DNA of 60,530 nucleotides, filler included, from Basidioascus undulatus (taxonomy: Eukaryota): the NCBI GenBank assembly GCA_000826855.1. It is 5 parts of 5 records of this genome, joined end to end, with 100 filler letters (N's around TTAATTAATTAA, not from the genome) between each part and the next. Parts side by side here need not be neighbours in the genome. Positions count along the whole stretch, not along the records: positions 24,018 to 52,542 come from JTLS01000147.1; positions 52,643 to 60,530 come from JTLS01001470.1; 3 more parts are not named here. The stretch is one strand, 5' to 3'. Positions 50,460 to 60,530 of this stretch are shown piece by piece; position 1 is the first letter of the stretch; every line of letters starts with the position of its first letter. The translations under genes were made by a program, and so were the position numbers. Below the pieces are notes generated by a model. That model was given only the letters and a program-made list of their open reading frames with translations. It ran no database searches and was not told the origin of the DNA.

Positions 50460-52449
50460 ATGCCCGCGCTAAGTCGCTCAACGTACGGCGCGGCATGTCA
50501 CGAATGCAGGCTTCGCAAGACGGCAAGTTCTGCACCTGCGCCCGTCTGTTGTGTGCTGAAACATGATGTTACGTCTTTGCAGAAATGCGATGGCGGAATA
50601 CCGGAGTGCCGGGCCAGGCCGCGTCTGTTCCTACGGTCGCGGTGGGGGAAACAAGGGCCAGGTGCTCGAGCGCAAAATTGGTAAGCATCCTTGTCTTGAG
50701 GTTGTTGGGAATGCTGACGCGACGCAAACACAGCTGAGCTCGAGGCTGAGCTCGACCGGCTGAAGACGCGTACGCACGATGCTCCGGCACGTTTACCAGC
50801 ACGCGATGATAGCGCATTTGTGCACTTCGGCTCGAATGGTTTGTTCTCGATCGATCACATGCTTAGCGCCGCCGACAATGCTCCCTTCGGCCTCAGCCGC
50901 GAGCGACCGGGCGCGTTCGAGTTGGGGACCAACGTTGACGAGATCCCTCGTCCATTGATGCTCAGCCTGTGCGATTCGACTTCCACAGAACATCCTATCT
51001 CGGAGTGATTCGAAACTGTGCCGATTTGCCGTCCACTCTCTCAGTTGCCAGACTTTCTTCTCTCGCTCCTGGACGTCGCACATCCTCCACCCGCCCACCT
51101 TCTACGCCTCGCTCGACTATGCAGGCGCGAATCGCCCTGTTCTCTCAGGTTCGCGGTGGCCGCAATGGCCGCTCAGATCTTTCCTTTCGAGGCATGGAGG
51201 ACGCCTTGTACGCCCGCTCGCTTGCCGACCTTGCTCAATCGCAAAGCGCTCAAGTTGCCCGATACAATCCCTTGAGCATTCCCCAGTCGTATTTCATACT
51301 CTGCGTAGGTGATTCGGACGGCGTTTATTGTCGACTGATGTGACTGAAGAAAAGGGATCGCAGCCTATCTGCAACGGGCGCCTCGATAACGGAACAGCAA
51401 CGGCATTCGTCGCGGCCGGCTGGTATCTTATTTCACATTCACTTGAACATGCGGTTGACAGAGGACATGAAGGCCTACGGGTTGCCATGGTCCTGGGACT
51501 TCATCGCTTCACGCCCGACATGCTTATCGCAGCTCGGGCTGCTGACGCCGCTCGACCGCGACGTTTATCGATGTCAGATGACATCTGCTTGCGACCAGGT
51601 TCAGCTGTGCGCGTCCTTGAACTTCTGAAGAGCCCGCTGGAGCAGGCGCAGGTAGGCACCGGACCAGCTGACTACACGAAGAACGTTACTGAGTGTATCG
51701 TTGCGCACAGGCGCTCGCAGTCTTCTGGGCCCTCTTTTGTGCCGACCGTGCCTTTTCGCTCATGTGGTCGTGCCCGCCAATGGTCCACGCCGAGGACATA
51801 ACCACGCCGTTCTGCGTCCCCGGAGTTTCGGTGCGCAGTACCCTCCCATTTGTTGCCTTGCACGCTGTCTGAATGTTAGCCGTTGCAGCCTGATTTCAAC
51901 ATAACCGAGCTCTGGCACTCGCAGTCCCTCAGTGACCTCGATCTCTTTCTCTCACACCCTCACCCATTCGACTCGCACACTTTCTTGATCAAATCGTATC
52001 ACGCTGGCGTGCAGGGCTTCTCGTTTCAACGACTCTGTCATCGATCAGTCTCCGGACTGCCCTTCGATTCTCGAACTCGACAACCTCATCGTGACGTTCC
52101 TCACGGGTCTCCCCGTCGAGCTTACCCAGCCGTCGCCGCAGGTGGGATGGCCCTTTTCGGCTCTAATGAGGGTCGATGCGTTGACAATTGCCCACTTGTG
52201 CGTCAAGATCTTTGCTCTGCGTTTGTGACAACCTCTCATCACAGGTCACATCCAGCTCTCGACTCGTTTCCATCGATCGTACGCCGACACGCATCCAGCG
52301 TCGGCGCAGACTTGCGCCTCAGCGCCGCGGACATCGTCGAGCTCGTGCGGAAGGTAGCATCGCCCGCTTTCGACCTTGGCTCGCTGGATCTGACAGCGGG
52401 AGGGGACACAATGGACAACGAGAAGAACCAGGACGAGGTCAGACACTGA
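50460..52449 (+). pseudogene. Zn(II)2Cys6 transcription factor, frameshifted
   Basis: ACHECRLRKT/KCDGGIPEC, then a deletion removes the fifth Cys and shifts frame before VCSY...LERKI/AELEAEL. A second shift lies at ~51185. Fungal TF middle-region motifs VLGLHR and VFWASFCADR are present. Confidence 0.75.
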
Positions 52450-52542
52450 AATGAAATGGACGTGCAGTGGATGGTAGGTATTCAAGAGTTGGGGGTCACG
52501 AGAGCCTGTTCGGAGATAAAGCGAGGTGAAGCGGATATCTCA

Positions 52543-52642
52543 NNNNNNNNNNNNNNNNNNNNNNNNNNNNNNNNNNNNNNNNNNNNTTAATTAATTAANN
52601 NNNNNNNNNNNNNNNNNNNNNNNNNNNNNNNNNNNNNNNNNN
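52543..52642. other. Artificial contig spacer
   Basis: N44-TTAATTAATTAA-N44. Confidence 0.99.
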
Positions 52643-52968
52643 CATCTTCATTTACGAACCATTTCATACATCCACAGTCTTCGACACTCCCGACCCATCT
52701 AGCTCCAACAGCCCCCCACCGCGCCGCAGGCCCTTTCCCCACCCAGACACGCACGCCCCCCTGCGCGAATTCGCGCCCATCCCCACCTCCATCTCCCTCC
52801 CCAGCATCCCCCTCCGCCCCTGACAATTGGCTCTTCGCCCCCGTCCCTGCCCCGCAGCCACACGGGCGGCGGGGGCGCGCCGAGCGGTGGAAGGCGGGCG
52901 GAGGGGGCCGGGAGATCGGCGGGGCGATTACGGAAAGGTGGGGGCGGTGGAACTGAGCGGTGGGACAT
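52643..52968 (-). CDS. 5' end of a hypothetical Pro-rich protein truncated by the contig end
   Basis: ATG (MSHRSVPPPPPFRNRP) follows a pyrimidine-rich leader; the rest is unresolved. Confidence 0.3.
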
Positions 52969-55579
52969 AGGACAGCGGGGAAGGGGATTGGAAGGAAGCA
53001 GAGATGGTAGAGATGTGATGCGAGATTGCGTGGGATGTTGGGTGTGTTGTGTGCTGCTGAAGACCGGAAAGGACGCGGGAGAATGGCTGGAGTGTATGTG
53101 GCGACAGACTTGACTCCATATAAAGGGCAAGGCGGTCCTTGAACCAGGAATTAGTGCGCAGTGCAAGCTTTCCCCCTGCACTTTCTGGGATATATCACGA
53201 CACAGGGTTGTGATGGTCATGTATGCCGATCACAGATCACCGACAGACCACGGCATCCAACTCTTCTCTGTCCGAGATTGCATTTATGATTGATCTGCAC
53301 GCGCCGGTACTTGCTGCACACTGCCACGCCGTCCGCGACGATCGGCACACCAGCGCAAGCGAGGACTTGAGGTCCAGGAAACTGTGTGCGCTGTCATGAA
53401 ATCAGGCGAAATTGGGGCGCACTTGTGCAGCAACAGTCAAGTAGGACACTGCAGAAACAGTACTGAGTGAGAGGTGGGGCACTTTGAGTCGATGCGTGAC
53501 AATTTCACCATGCCCGCAGTCGTGGCGAGGCCTCTTGAGAACTCTTCATATAGACTCGCATTAAGAGCATTCTTTGACGCCGGCACCTAGGGTAGGTTGT
53601 GAGGATGTGGCGGGGACTTCGCAGAGTCGTCCATGAACGTCCTACGTCAGCCACGCCAACCGATCTCCTGGAAGGCGGAAGGAAGCAGGTGGCCATCTTG
53701 CAGGTCTGAAGAAAGGAATAGTGGTAGTTGGTTTTATACATCCTGCGGACAGCCTGGTTGGGACACTTGATTGGCAGTCGACACCAGATTGGTAGCCTTG
53801 CACAGGTAGGTCCGCTCCTCAGCGCCAAACCGACTAGAGTCGGAGGACGCAGAGCGTGGTTCGTGCTCTTGCCTGTCGCAGGTCTCTTGCTCTCAATACT
53901 CAAAAGAGTCCAAACCTCCCCACGCGTACCCCAACTGTCTCCCGCTCGACGAATGTGAACTACGTCGCAGCGCACATCAGAGAGTAGGTATAGGCAGACT
54001 GCCGCACGCCTTTGAAGCCGCGCAATGCACAGTGATCCCATTGGACAAGGCAGGGAAATACTTGAATAGGCTCCAATCATAATGGCATATCTGTTGCCGG
54101 GCACCCGACATGGCAAGTTCAGAAATTACAGATTGATCGGCGCGGGCAGCTGAGTCTGCTCTGCCGGCGCGACTACCTTTCAGCGTGTCTCTGGACCGCA
54201 TCAAACTCGTCTGCTTGACTGGCATGGCCTCTCGCGTCCGGCATGTCAGCAATGCAGCGTTAGACCCACAATGAGGTGCCCACGCCCGCTCCGCGCTCCG
54301 GCAGGTCACGGTTTCTGTCTTCCAACTGTACATGCGATGTTTAATGTGTACTCAGTGTGCATTGTATATGGGTGCGCCACCTCCCCAAGAATCCGAACCC
54401 CGCGGAAGTAACCGAGAGTTTCATAGCAGAGCGACACGACATGATACAGACTCAGCTAGCTCAATGTCAATAATGAGGTGCTCGAACTCGTTTGTTGACC
54501 GCCACAGGGAACAGCCGGGAGCCAGGGACCGCTCGCGATGCATTATGGTCGTGAGGCAACTGAGATAAACGCTATTTGAGAAACATGATGGGCATCTGGG
54601 AGCGTGCATCCGAGTGCATCGCTCGAGTCGGCGCGTTTAGTACGGGGCTTACAGGACAATGGCAACATTCCTTGGCTATCAGACGAGATTGACAATGGAT
54701 GAAAATCTATTATTTTTGTATATCTGCCAGAGGATTCGACCAAAGAACTTCAGGTGCTCCCCTCCATGGCAGTCCTGCGGGCGCCTCGGCGAGCACAGCA
54801 AAGCACAGGCAGACGAACCTCGACCGACACCATTGGCATCTATCAGCCGGAAGAGGGATGAGCTGTGTATAGACACATTTGCGCAATTAACTTTTTCATT
54901 CAATTCCCAAGATCCGTCCAGACTATGCCAAGCTCGGTGCGTAGCAGCTCGCCGAGCGAGCTGCAGCCTGCTACAGCACTGTGAATGGCAGTGTGCGCTT
55001 GTATGTCGCGTATTGGCACGTAAAGGTCATTATAGCTCGATGTGTTGTATGAAGTGATAAGATCCCTCTCCTTCCGGGAGTACACATTCGAGCACCCCGA
55101 TGCGGCACGCAGAGCACAGCGAATGCCGATGCCGGCACTGTGGTTGGTGGGCACTGACAGTCTTTACCAAGGCAGTACCAGACCTCCTCGTTGATTATAG
55201 AGCTTCATTATTCTCATACTCTCATCTAATATCACGCCTCACTATGAGCGCAAACGGGAAATCGGAACGCACTGTAGAGGTACCGTGAGCGCCTGTTGTC
55301 GCCACGGTAGATCTACAACATAGCCTCAGCCTTCAGATCAAAGTGCTGCGTTTTCGGTTGAACAGTTTATTTTTCGAAATCCTTCAGCCCTCCTAAGGGG
55401 AAAACGAGGTAAATTGCAATGCGAAGGTGAGCACGGTGCGGTGCTTTGATGCCGTCATTTGTCAACGCGCAACGCAGAGCTGAGAGCCGCGCTCGCGTTG
55501 TCCCCTGCCCTCCCTCTCCCTTTCCCCCTTTCTCTTTTCGCCCTCAAACCACACTCCCACCCGCCAAGTCTTATCAAAA

Positions 55580-57604
55580 ATGCCTTGTAAGTCCTTCTTT
55601 TTTAGTCTTCCTGGTGTAGTAGCTGAACATCTTTGCGGCCTGCGGTCAGACGTACGTTCTATCTCCGCGCGCAGGCCCGCGATGCGCGACGCGCGAATGA
55701 GCCATTGGCCCACGGCCCACGGCCACGGCTGATATCGAAGGCGGTGCTGATGGTGGTGGTGTTCCTCGTAGCGCATTGAGTATGCTTCGTCGGCGCGCGC
55801 GGGGTGCAAAGGTGCGTCCATCTCTCCGCACTCCTGCCCCCATGCCCTCACACCTATGCCCATCCCCACCCTATCATCTCCGTTTATCCCGGGATGCTGA
55901 ACGTTGACCTCATGACTGGGCAGGTCCCAAGCCCTGCAGCGGCACGAAGATCGGGAAGGGCGAGCTCCGGCTCGGGACGATCGGTGCGTTTGTCTTTGGA
56001 GCAGGAAGAGGGGGACGAAGGGTGAGGGGCTGACAATGCGGAACGATGGGGATGGCAGTGAAGATTAAAGATAACGATGCTGTGAGTCTCTTGTGGCCTT
56101 TGATGCCAGCGCGAGAAGCAGTGGCCAGGGGGAGAAGTGAAGACGGTCGGCCAGGTGCGAGGGGGAAGAAGCAGGAGGACGGCCGTGGTTCTCTCTTCGC
56201 AGGAGCGACCGGTTCCAGTTGAGCTCTTTGGCGAGGTGATGAACTAGCAACCAATACTGTCGCAGCTGGGCGTATCGCACGATCGACTCCTGACTGATAC
56301 GCTGACCCGTTCCTTTGCTCTTTCGCTCGTGGCTGGCGACTTGATGCTGCGCAGGTCCAATGGTCCGTCATCCCCCTCAATCTGCCGTCTATCCTCCTTC
56401 CAGAAGTGACCACTAATTTCCTTCCAACTCCAGGCGTCACTGGTCCGTCCGAAAGAGCTCGCCCTTCCCAGGGCGCTTCGGCTGACGTGCGCGACGTTCG
56501 GGACGCCAACAGGGGCTGCACGACTGAGAAAGTGCTCTCCAAGTAAATCTTCTCCCTCTCTCCTTCCTCAACTCCTGGGCTGACGATTTTCCTGCTTTGC
56601 AGCATCATCAAGGACGCCGACGAGAAGCCCGAGGAGTGCGTCTTCTTCCCTGTCCAGCCTTCATGCGAGGCTAGCGTGTGCTTACGTGCGCTCGATTGAT
56701 GGGCAGGCTCGACGGGTTCGAGGACTTGAAGGAGGAGGACCAGGACAAAATTCGGAAGGCGTTCGAGGAGGGGCACGGTTCGTCCATCGTCCCCTGCTAG
56801 CCTGTCCTACGCGACACGAAGCTCAGGGTGCCTGCCGACAGTCGCGGACGAGGACATCCCCGAGACTGCGCGCAAGGTACGTCACGCTAGGGCTAGCTTC
56901 CTAGTGCAAAGCAACCGGGCGGGACGCTGACGCGATGGGCCGTGCAGACCGAGGGCGAGGAGGGCGAGAAGCCCAAGAAGAAGCGCGCGCCGGCGAAGAA
57001 GAAGGTCGCGAAGAAGGACGAGGAGGAGGAGGAGGAGGAGGAGGAGGAGAAGCCGAAGAAGAAGGCGCCCGCTAAGCGCAAGGTGCGTCGTCGGTATCCT
57101 TTCCAGCGGGTGTGTGGCTGGCGCGCTGACCTGCATTTGTCTGGTGTGCAGGCGCCCGCTAAAAAGAAGGTAGGGCGGATTTGTGGAGAATGGGATGGGC
57201 CGGGATGGGAGCTGATCATGCTGCTGGCGTATGTAGAAGAAGGAGGAGAGTGAGGAGGAGGACGAGCGGAGCGCGGAGGAGTCTGCTGGGAGCGAAGTGT
57301 GTCGCCCCTTTCTCACCTCACCTCTCACCGTCAATGCTGACGTCCCGCCGTAGGCCGAGGCGTCCTTCTCGGACGACGACGAGAAGCCCAAGAAGAAGAA
57401 GAAGGTGAGCGGGGTCATACAGTTTGTTTTCCTTCCCCTTTGCCCTTTCGCTCGCTCCGGTCCGTCCGCGCCATCCCCTCGCTCATGTGCTTCTTGTCGC
57501 TCTGCCAGACCGCGCCCAAGAAGGCCCCCGCCAAGAACAAGGCCTCGGGGAGCAAGAAGAAGGCGAAGGCGGACGAGGAGGATGAGGAGGAGGATGAGGA
57601 GTGA
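55580..57604 (+). CDS. PARP-type zinc finger protein (zf-PARP, Hpz1-like) with Lys/Glu-rich tail
   Basis: Spliced: MPYRIEYASSARAGCKGPKPCSGTKIGKGELRLGTIVKIKDNDAVQWRHWGCTTEKVLSN...LDGFEDLKEEDQDKIRKAFEEGHVADEDIP; requires micro-exons. Confidence 0.9.
56231..56302 (+). ncRNA. Candidate intronic box C/D snoRNA
   Basis: Box C GTGATGA at 56236-56242, box D CTGA at 56294-56297, terminal GCG/CGC stem, inside an unusually long (273-nt) intron. Confidence 0.6.
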
Positions 57605-60530
57605 ACATTGGAGTGTGCTGGGTAATGAAAAGGCTGCGGGGTAAGGACTCTTGGGCTGTGGGCTGCTGTCGTGTATGGGCGCTGGTCGGGCTGGGCTTCG
57701 TGTGATATACCCCTTGGGCTCGCGGGTGTAGCTTGCTTGAGCGTGCTTCTGTGTTTGAATGTGCGCGTGCCTGTTGTGAGGTGGAAGGAACGGGACACGG
57801 GTTTGCAACTAGTCATACAGAAGTCTTGCAACTCTTAACAGACGAGACGTATCCCCCGAAATTTTAGTCACGTCCGTGCGATGCAACGAGAGAAACACAG
57901 TCCATAGCTTTTGGAGAACATTTGAAGCAGAACCTCCCCTCTTCGCCCCTCACACAAACACGCTTTGTCCGGCAGCACAAGTTCCATAACCGTCACCCGC
58001 CCTCGCTCCTCCTAGTTTACTTCGCAAACGAAGGTAATCAAGTGTTGTCTCATCTGCAGCGCCTTCACGATTTGTCCATAGCCTGGAAGTGAAGCTGTCG
58101 GTCATAGTGGACCAGCGAAGAATTGCAGTCCACGTCTCGAGGGTACCCAGCCCGCCCCGGCGTGAACATATCCACACGCTTGAGGTTCTGAAAGGTGACC
58201 TGGAGGATGCTGGGCACGGACAGCCGGTTGCCGCTCAACTGGCCCAACGGCGCCACGAAGGTCTTGTCCCAAGAGCACGAGAGATGGCGTGCGGCACAGT
58301 CTCAATAGTAGCATCCTACTGAGAAATAAGGCCCAACAGTTAGGAAGTCTTGTAATTGAGCTCGTTGCGCACGCCACACTTCAGCCACAACACTCCATAC
58401 AGAGGTACCACAAAACGCAGTCCACAGCATTTAGAGCAAGCACAGCAGGAGCTCCGCTCTTCGCCACTCAAGAAGTCCCTCTCGAGCAGCACACCAAGAT
58501 ACCAGACCGCCGAATTAAACTTTCAGACCCCGTGCGTAAATGAGATAAGGGGATCGCAAAGTGACAGTTCCCATCAGCAGGAAGCAAGAACTGCCTTCGC
58601 CGACGCTTCGCTCCTCGTCTGCACTGGGCACTAGCCCTCCTCAAATCCAATTTGGCAAGGTATTATTAGCGGGTAAGACAACACATTCGCGGATTTGAAA
58701 CAGGCTGAAACACGCTCGCTTGCCGTAAAAGTCGCCAATGGTCAACAGACCTCTGACCTCTGTTGCTGATTGGCGACTCTTTTTGCTGGCCTCTGAGACA
58801 CACCTCCCCACGTCCGGCAAGCCACATTTTGCGGGGTTCTACAGTATTTGTATATCGGTGTTACTGGTTTCCATATCATGTCCTGAGGCAAACGTCTGCG
58901 TGGCGTCTGAGCGTGCCCTGCGAAAGACGTGCAAAAGGATGCTCTCAATTCCAAGCAGTTTTGGCAGGGTGGACCCTGCGAGCAACAGAACTCGCCAAAA
59001 TGGATTTGAGGAGGGCTACTCCCCATCGACATCAAACGGCAGGTGACAGCCCCCGATCTCGAGGCCTGCGGCATCGACCACGCTCGTAAAGCTCGCCCCT
59101 CCTCGCGCTTGTACCCGCGCTGCGCATACTCAGTTTTATGCTTATCGTCAGAAAGTTAGAGAAGCCTCCGTGGGACGATGTGCGTACATCTCCTTTTGAA
59201 ACTTCTGGGCATGGACTTACCAGTACATGCTACAGAACCACCTCATCGATGCGAGAGCTCAGTATTTCCATGGTCCTGTTGACCCAGGACGAAGACCAGG
59301 AAGCTTTCGCTCGTTCGCTCCACGCGGGGCTCGTCTCTAAAGGCTTTTCAGCTCTGTCAACGGAGCTTGGCAGGCGACTGGCGCAGCTAGAGCAAGTGGA
59401 CCTGGGAACTTATGTTAGTCCTCAGCTCAAGTCCCTCACACGGCGATTCTCGTTGACTCGTGCGGACGGGGTTGTGCACATCGAGGTTCAGATTTTGTAA
59501 AATTTTGTAGCCGCCAGCAGGCTTGTGCCGGAATGAAGTGGGTGTTGCCATTGAGCTCAAGCTCTGCCGGAGTTTATGGCCAGGAAGCGAGTGCTGCTCC
59601 TCAAAACAGTGTTGGCAAGCCTCGAACAAATAGCCTATGCTCAAACAGGCCTCACAGCTTCTCTATCCGTCAAAAATGAAGGGTTCAAAATGTGAACGCA
59701 ATGGGCCTTTTAACCCATCCAGCCCTACTCCGAGTCCTCTGATGTCTGTGGACGTGCTTGTCTGAGGATCGATATCATCCGGCTTCTCCAGATCCCTTAA
59801 GTCCATTTTTATTGGGGTTAAAGAAAGATAAGAGGCCTCATATCAAGGCAGATGATTGAGCTTTCGCATGCGCCGCTGCTGAACACCTGGGGCCCTTCCA
59901 AAGTCGGTAAGTGACCGCGGACACAAAAACGCATGTTGACTCTGGGTGAGGGTCCTGAGTCCCGCTTAGGTCTGAAGATTTGAAGCTACAGACGCAGCCT
60001 TAAGTGCCAACGCGCCGTGGTCAGGTGCTGTCATATCATGTCATACGGGCATCCAGCACAGGCACTGCACAGTCGGCAACGGTCCGCACTCGCATCCGGC
60101 AAGCGGGAAGTTCCAGTAGTTCGAGACATTCACGGTCATACACTACGGTGAAGTCGTTCTGAGTACGTATAGTTCAACCAGACTCCATGGCATGCCACGC
60201 TGTGAAGGTGCACGCCAGCAAGCGCCCGTATGAGGTCCGCGATGGCGACAGGTTAACAATTTTGACTCGGCGTGGATTGTTGTGCGAATGCGGCTACAAG
60301 TGAATGCGGGGGACTACGAGTGCTCGTGAGTGGTGCTCGGAGGCAGTGCGAGATGCAAAGTTTTGGTGATGAAGGATGGAGAGATCAAGTGTCCGGGTGC
60401 ACGAAGTGTCCTTGGTGAAAACTTAAAAAAAAGGGAGACAGCGACGAAGTGACGGGAGTGTTCGGTATGTACCAAAAAAAAAAAAAGGGGGGGAAGAAAG
60501 GTCATAAATGAGAACTTCACTTACAATGCA

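Noticed and set aside
26786..52449. MFS, AKR, P450, Dabb and Zn2Cys6 as a secondary-metabolite cluster
   Set aside because: There is no backbone synthase, housekeeping genes (DUG1, RAD7) are interspersed, the MFS and transcription factor are disrupted, and a suspect junction lies at ~36280.
53200..55500. Possible genes in the 2.3-kb intergenic block
   Set aside because: Only short ORFs without motifs or a coherent splice pattern.

Overview
Eukaryotic, intron-dense, GC-rich fungal DNA. It is probably from a basidiomycete, judging by the GTGCGT/GTCCGT/GTACGT donors, ~60-80 nt introns and a Cap64-family gene. The window is not one locus. It is five contigs (7912, 7909, 7896, 28525 and 7888 nt) joined by four identical 100-nt N44-TTAATTAATTAA-N44 spacers, so adjacency across spacers has no biological meaning. 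Genes recognised by manual splicing and motif recall: a tandem DUF3072 protein, a MmgE/PrpD enzyme, bL21m, an APC permease, ESS2, VPS55, annexin, tRNA-Ala(CGC) with an intron, SCS2/VAP, a Cap64-like protein, a degenerate aldo-keto reductase, DUG1, the 3' part of a GH16 gene, a cytochrome P450, a Dabb protein, RAD7 and a zf-PARP protein. Several genes are disrupted: arrestin-like, MON1, an MFS transporter, a nitrilase and a Zn2Cys6 factor. The most notable points are (1) a 2-nt internal micro-exon plus 8- and 9-nt exons and a candidate intronic C/D snoRNA in the zf-PARP gene, (2) a start codon split by a GC-AG intron in SCS2, (3) a head-to-head junction of 5'-truncated DUG1 and GH16, (4) an intact, possibly secreted AKR pseudo-enzyme, and (5) a high pseudogene load that includes the housekeeping gene MON1. 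No database searches were run, and no new multi-gene system can be supported from this sequence.
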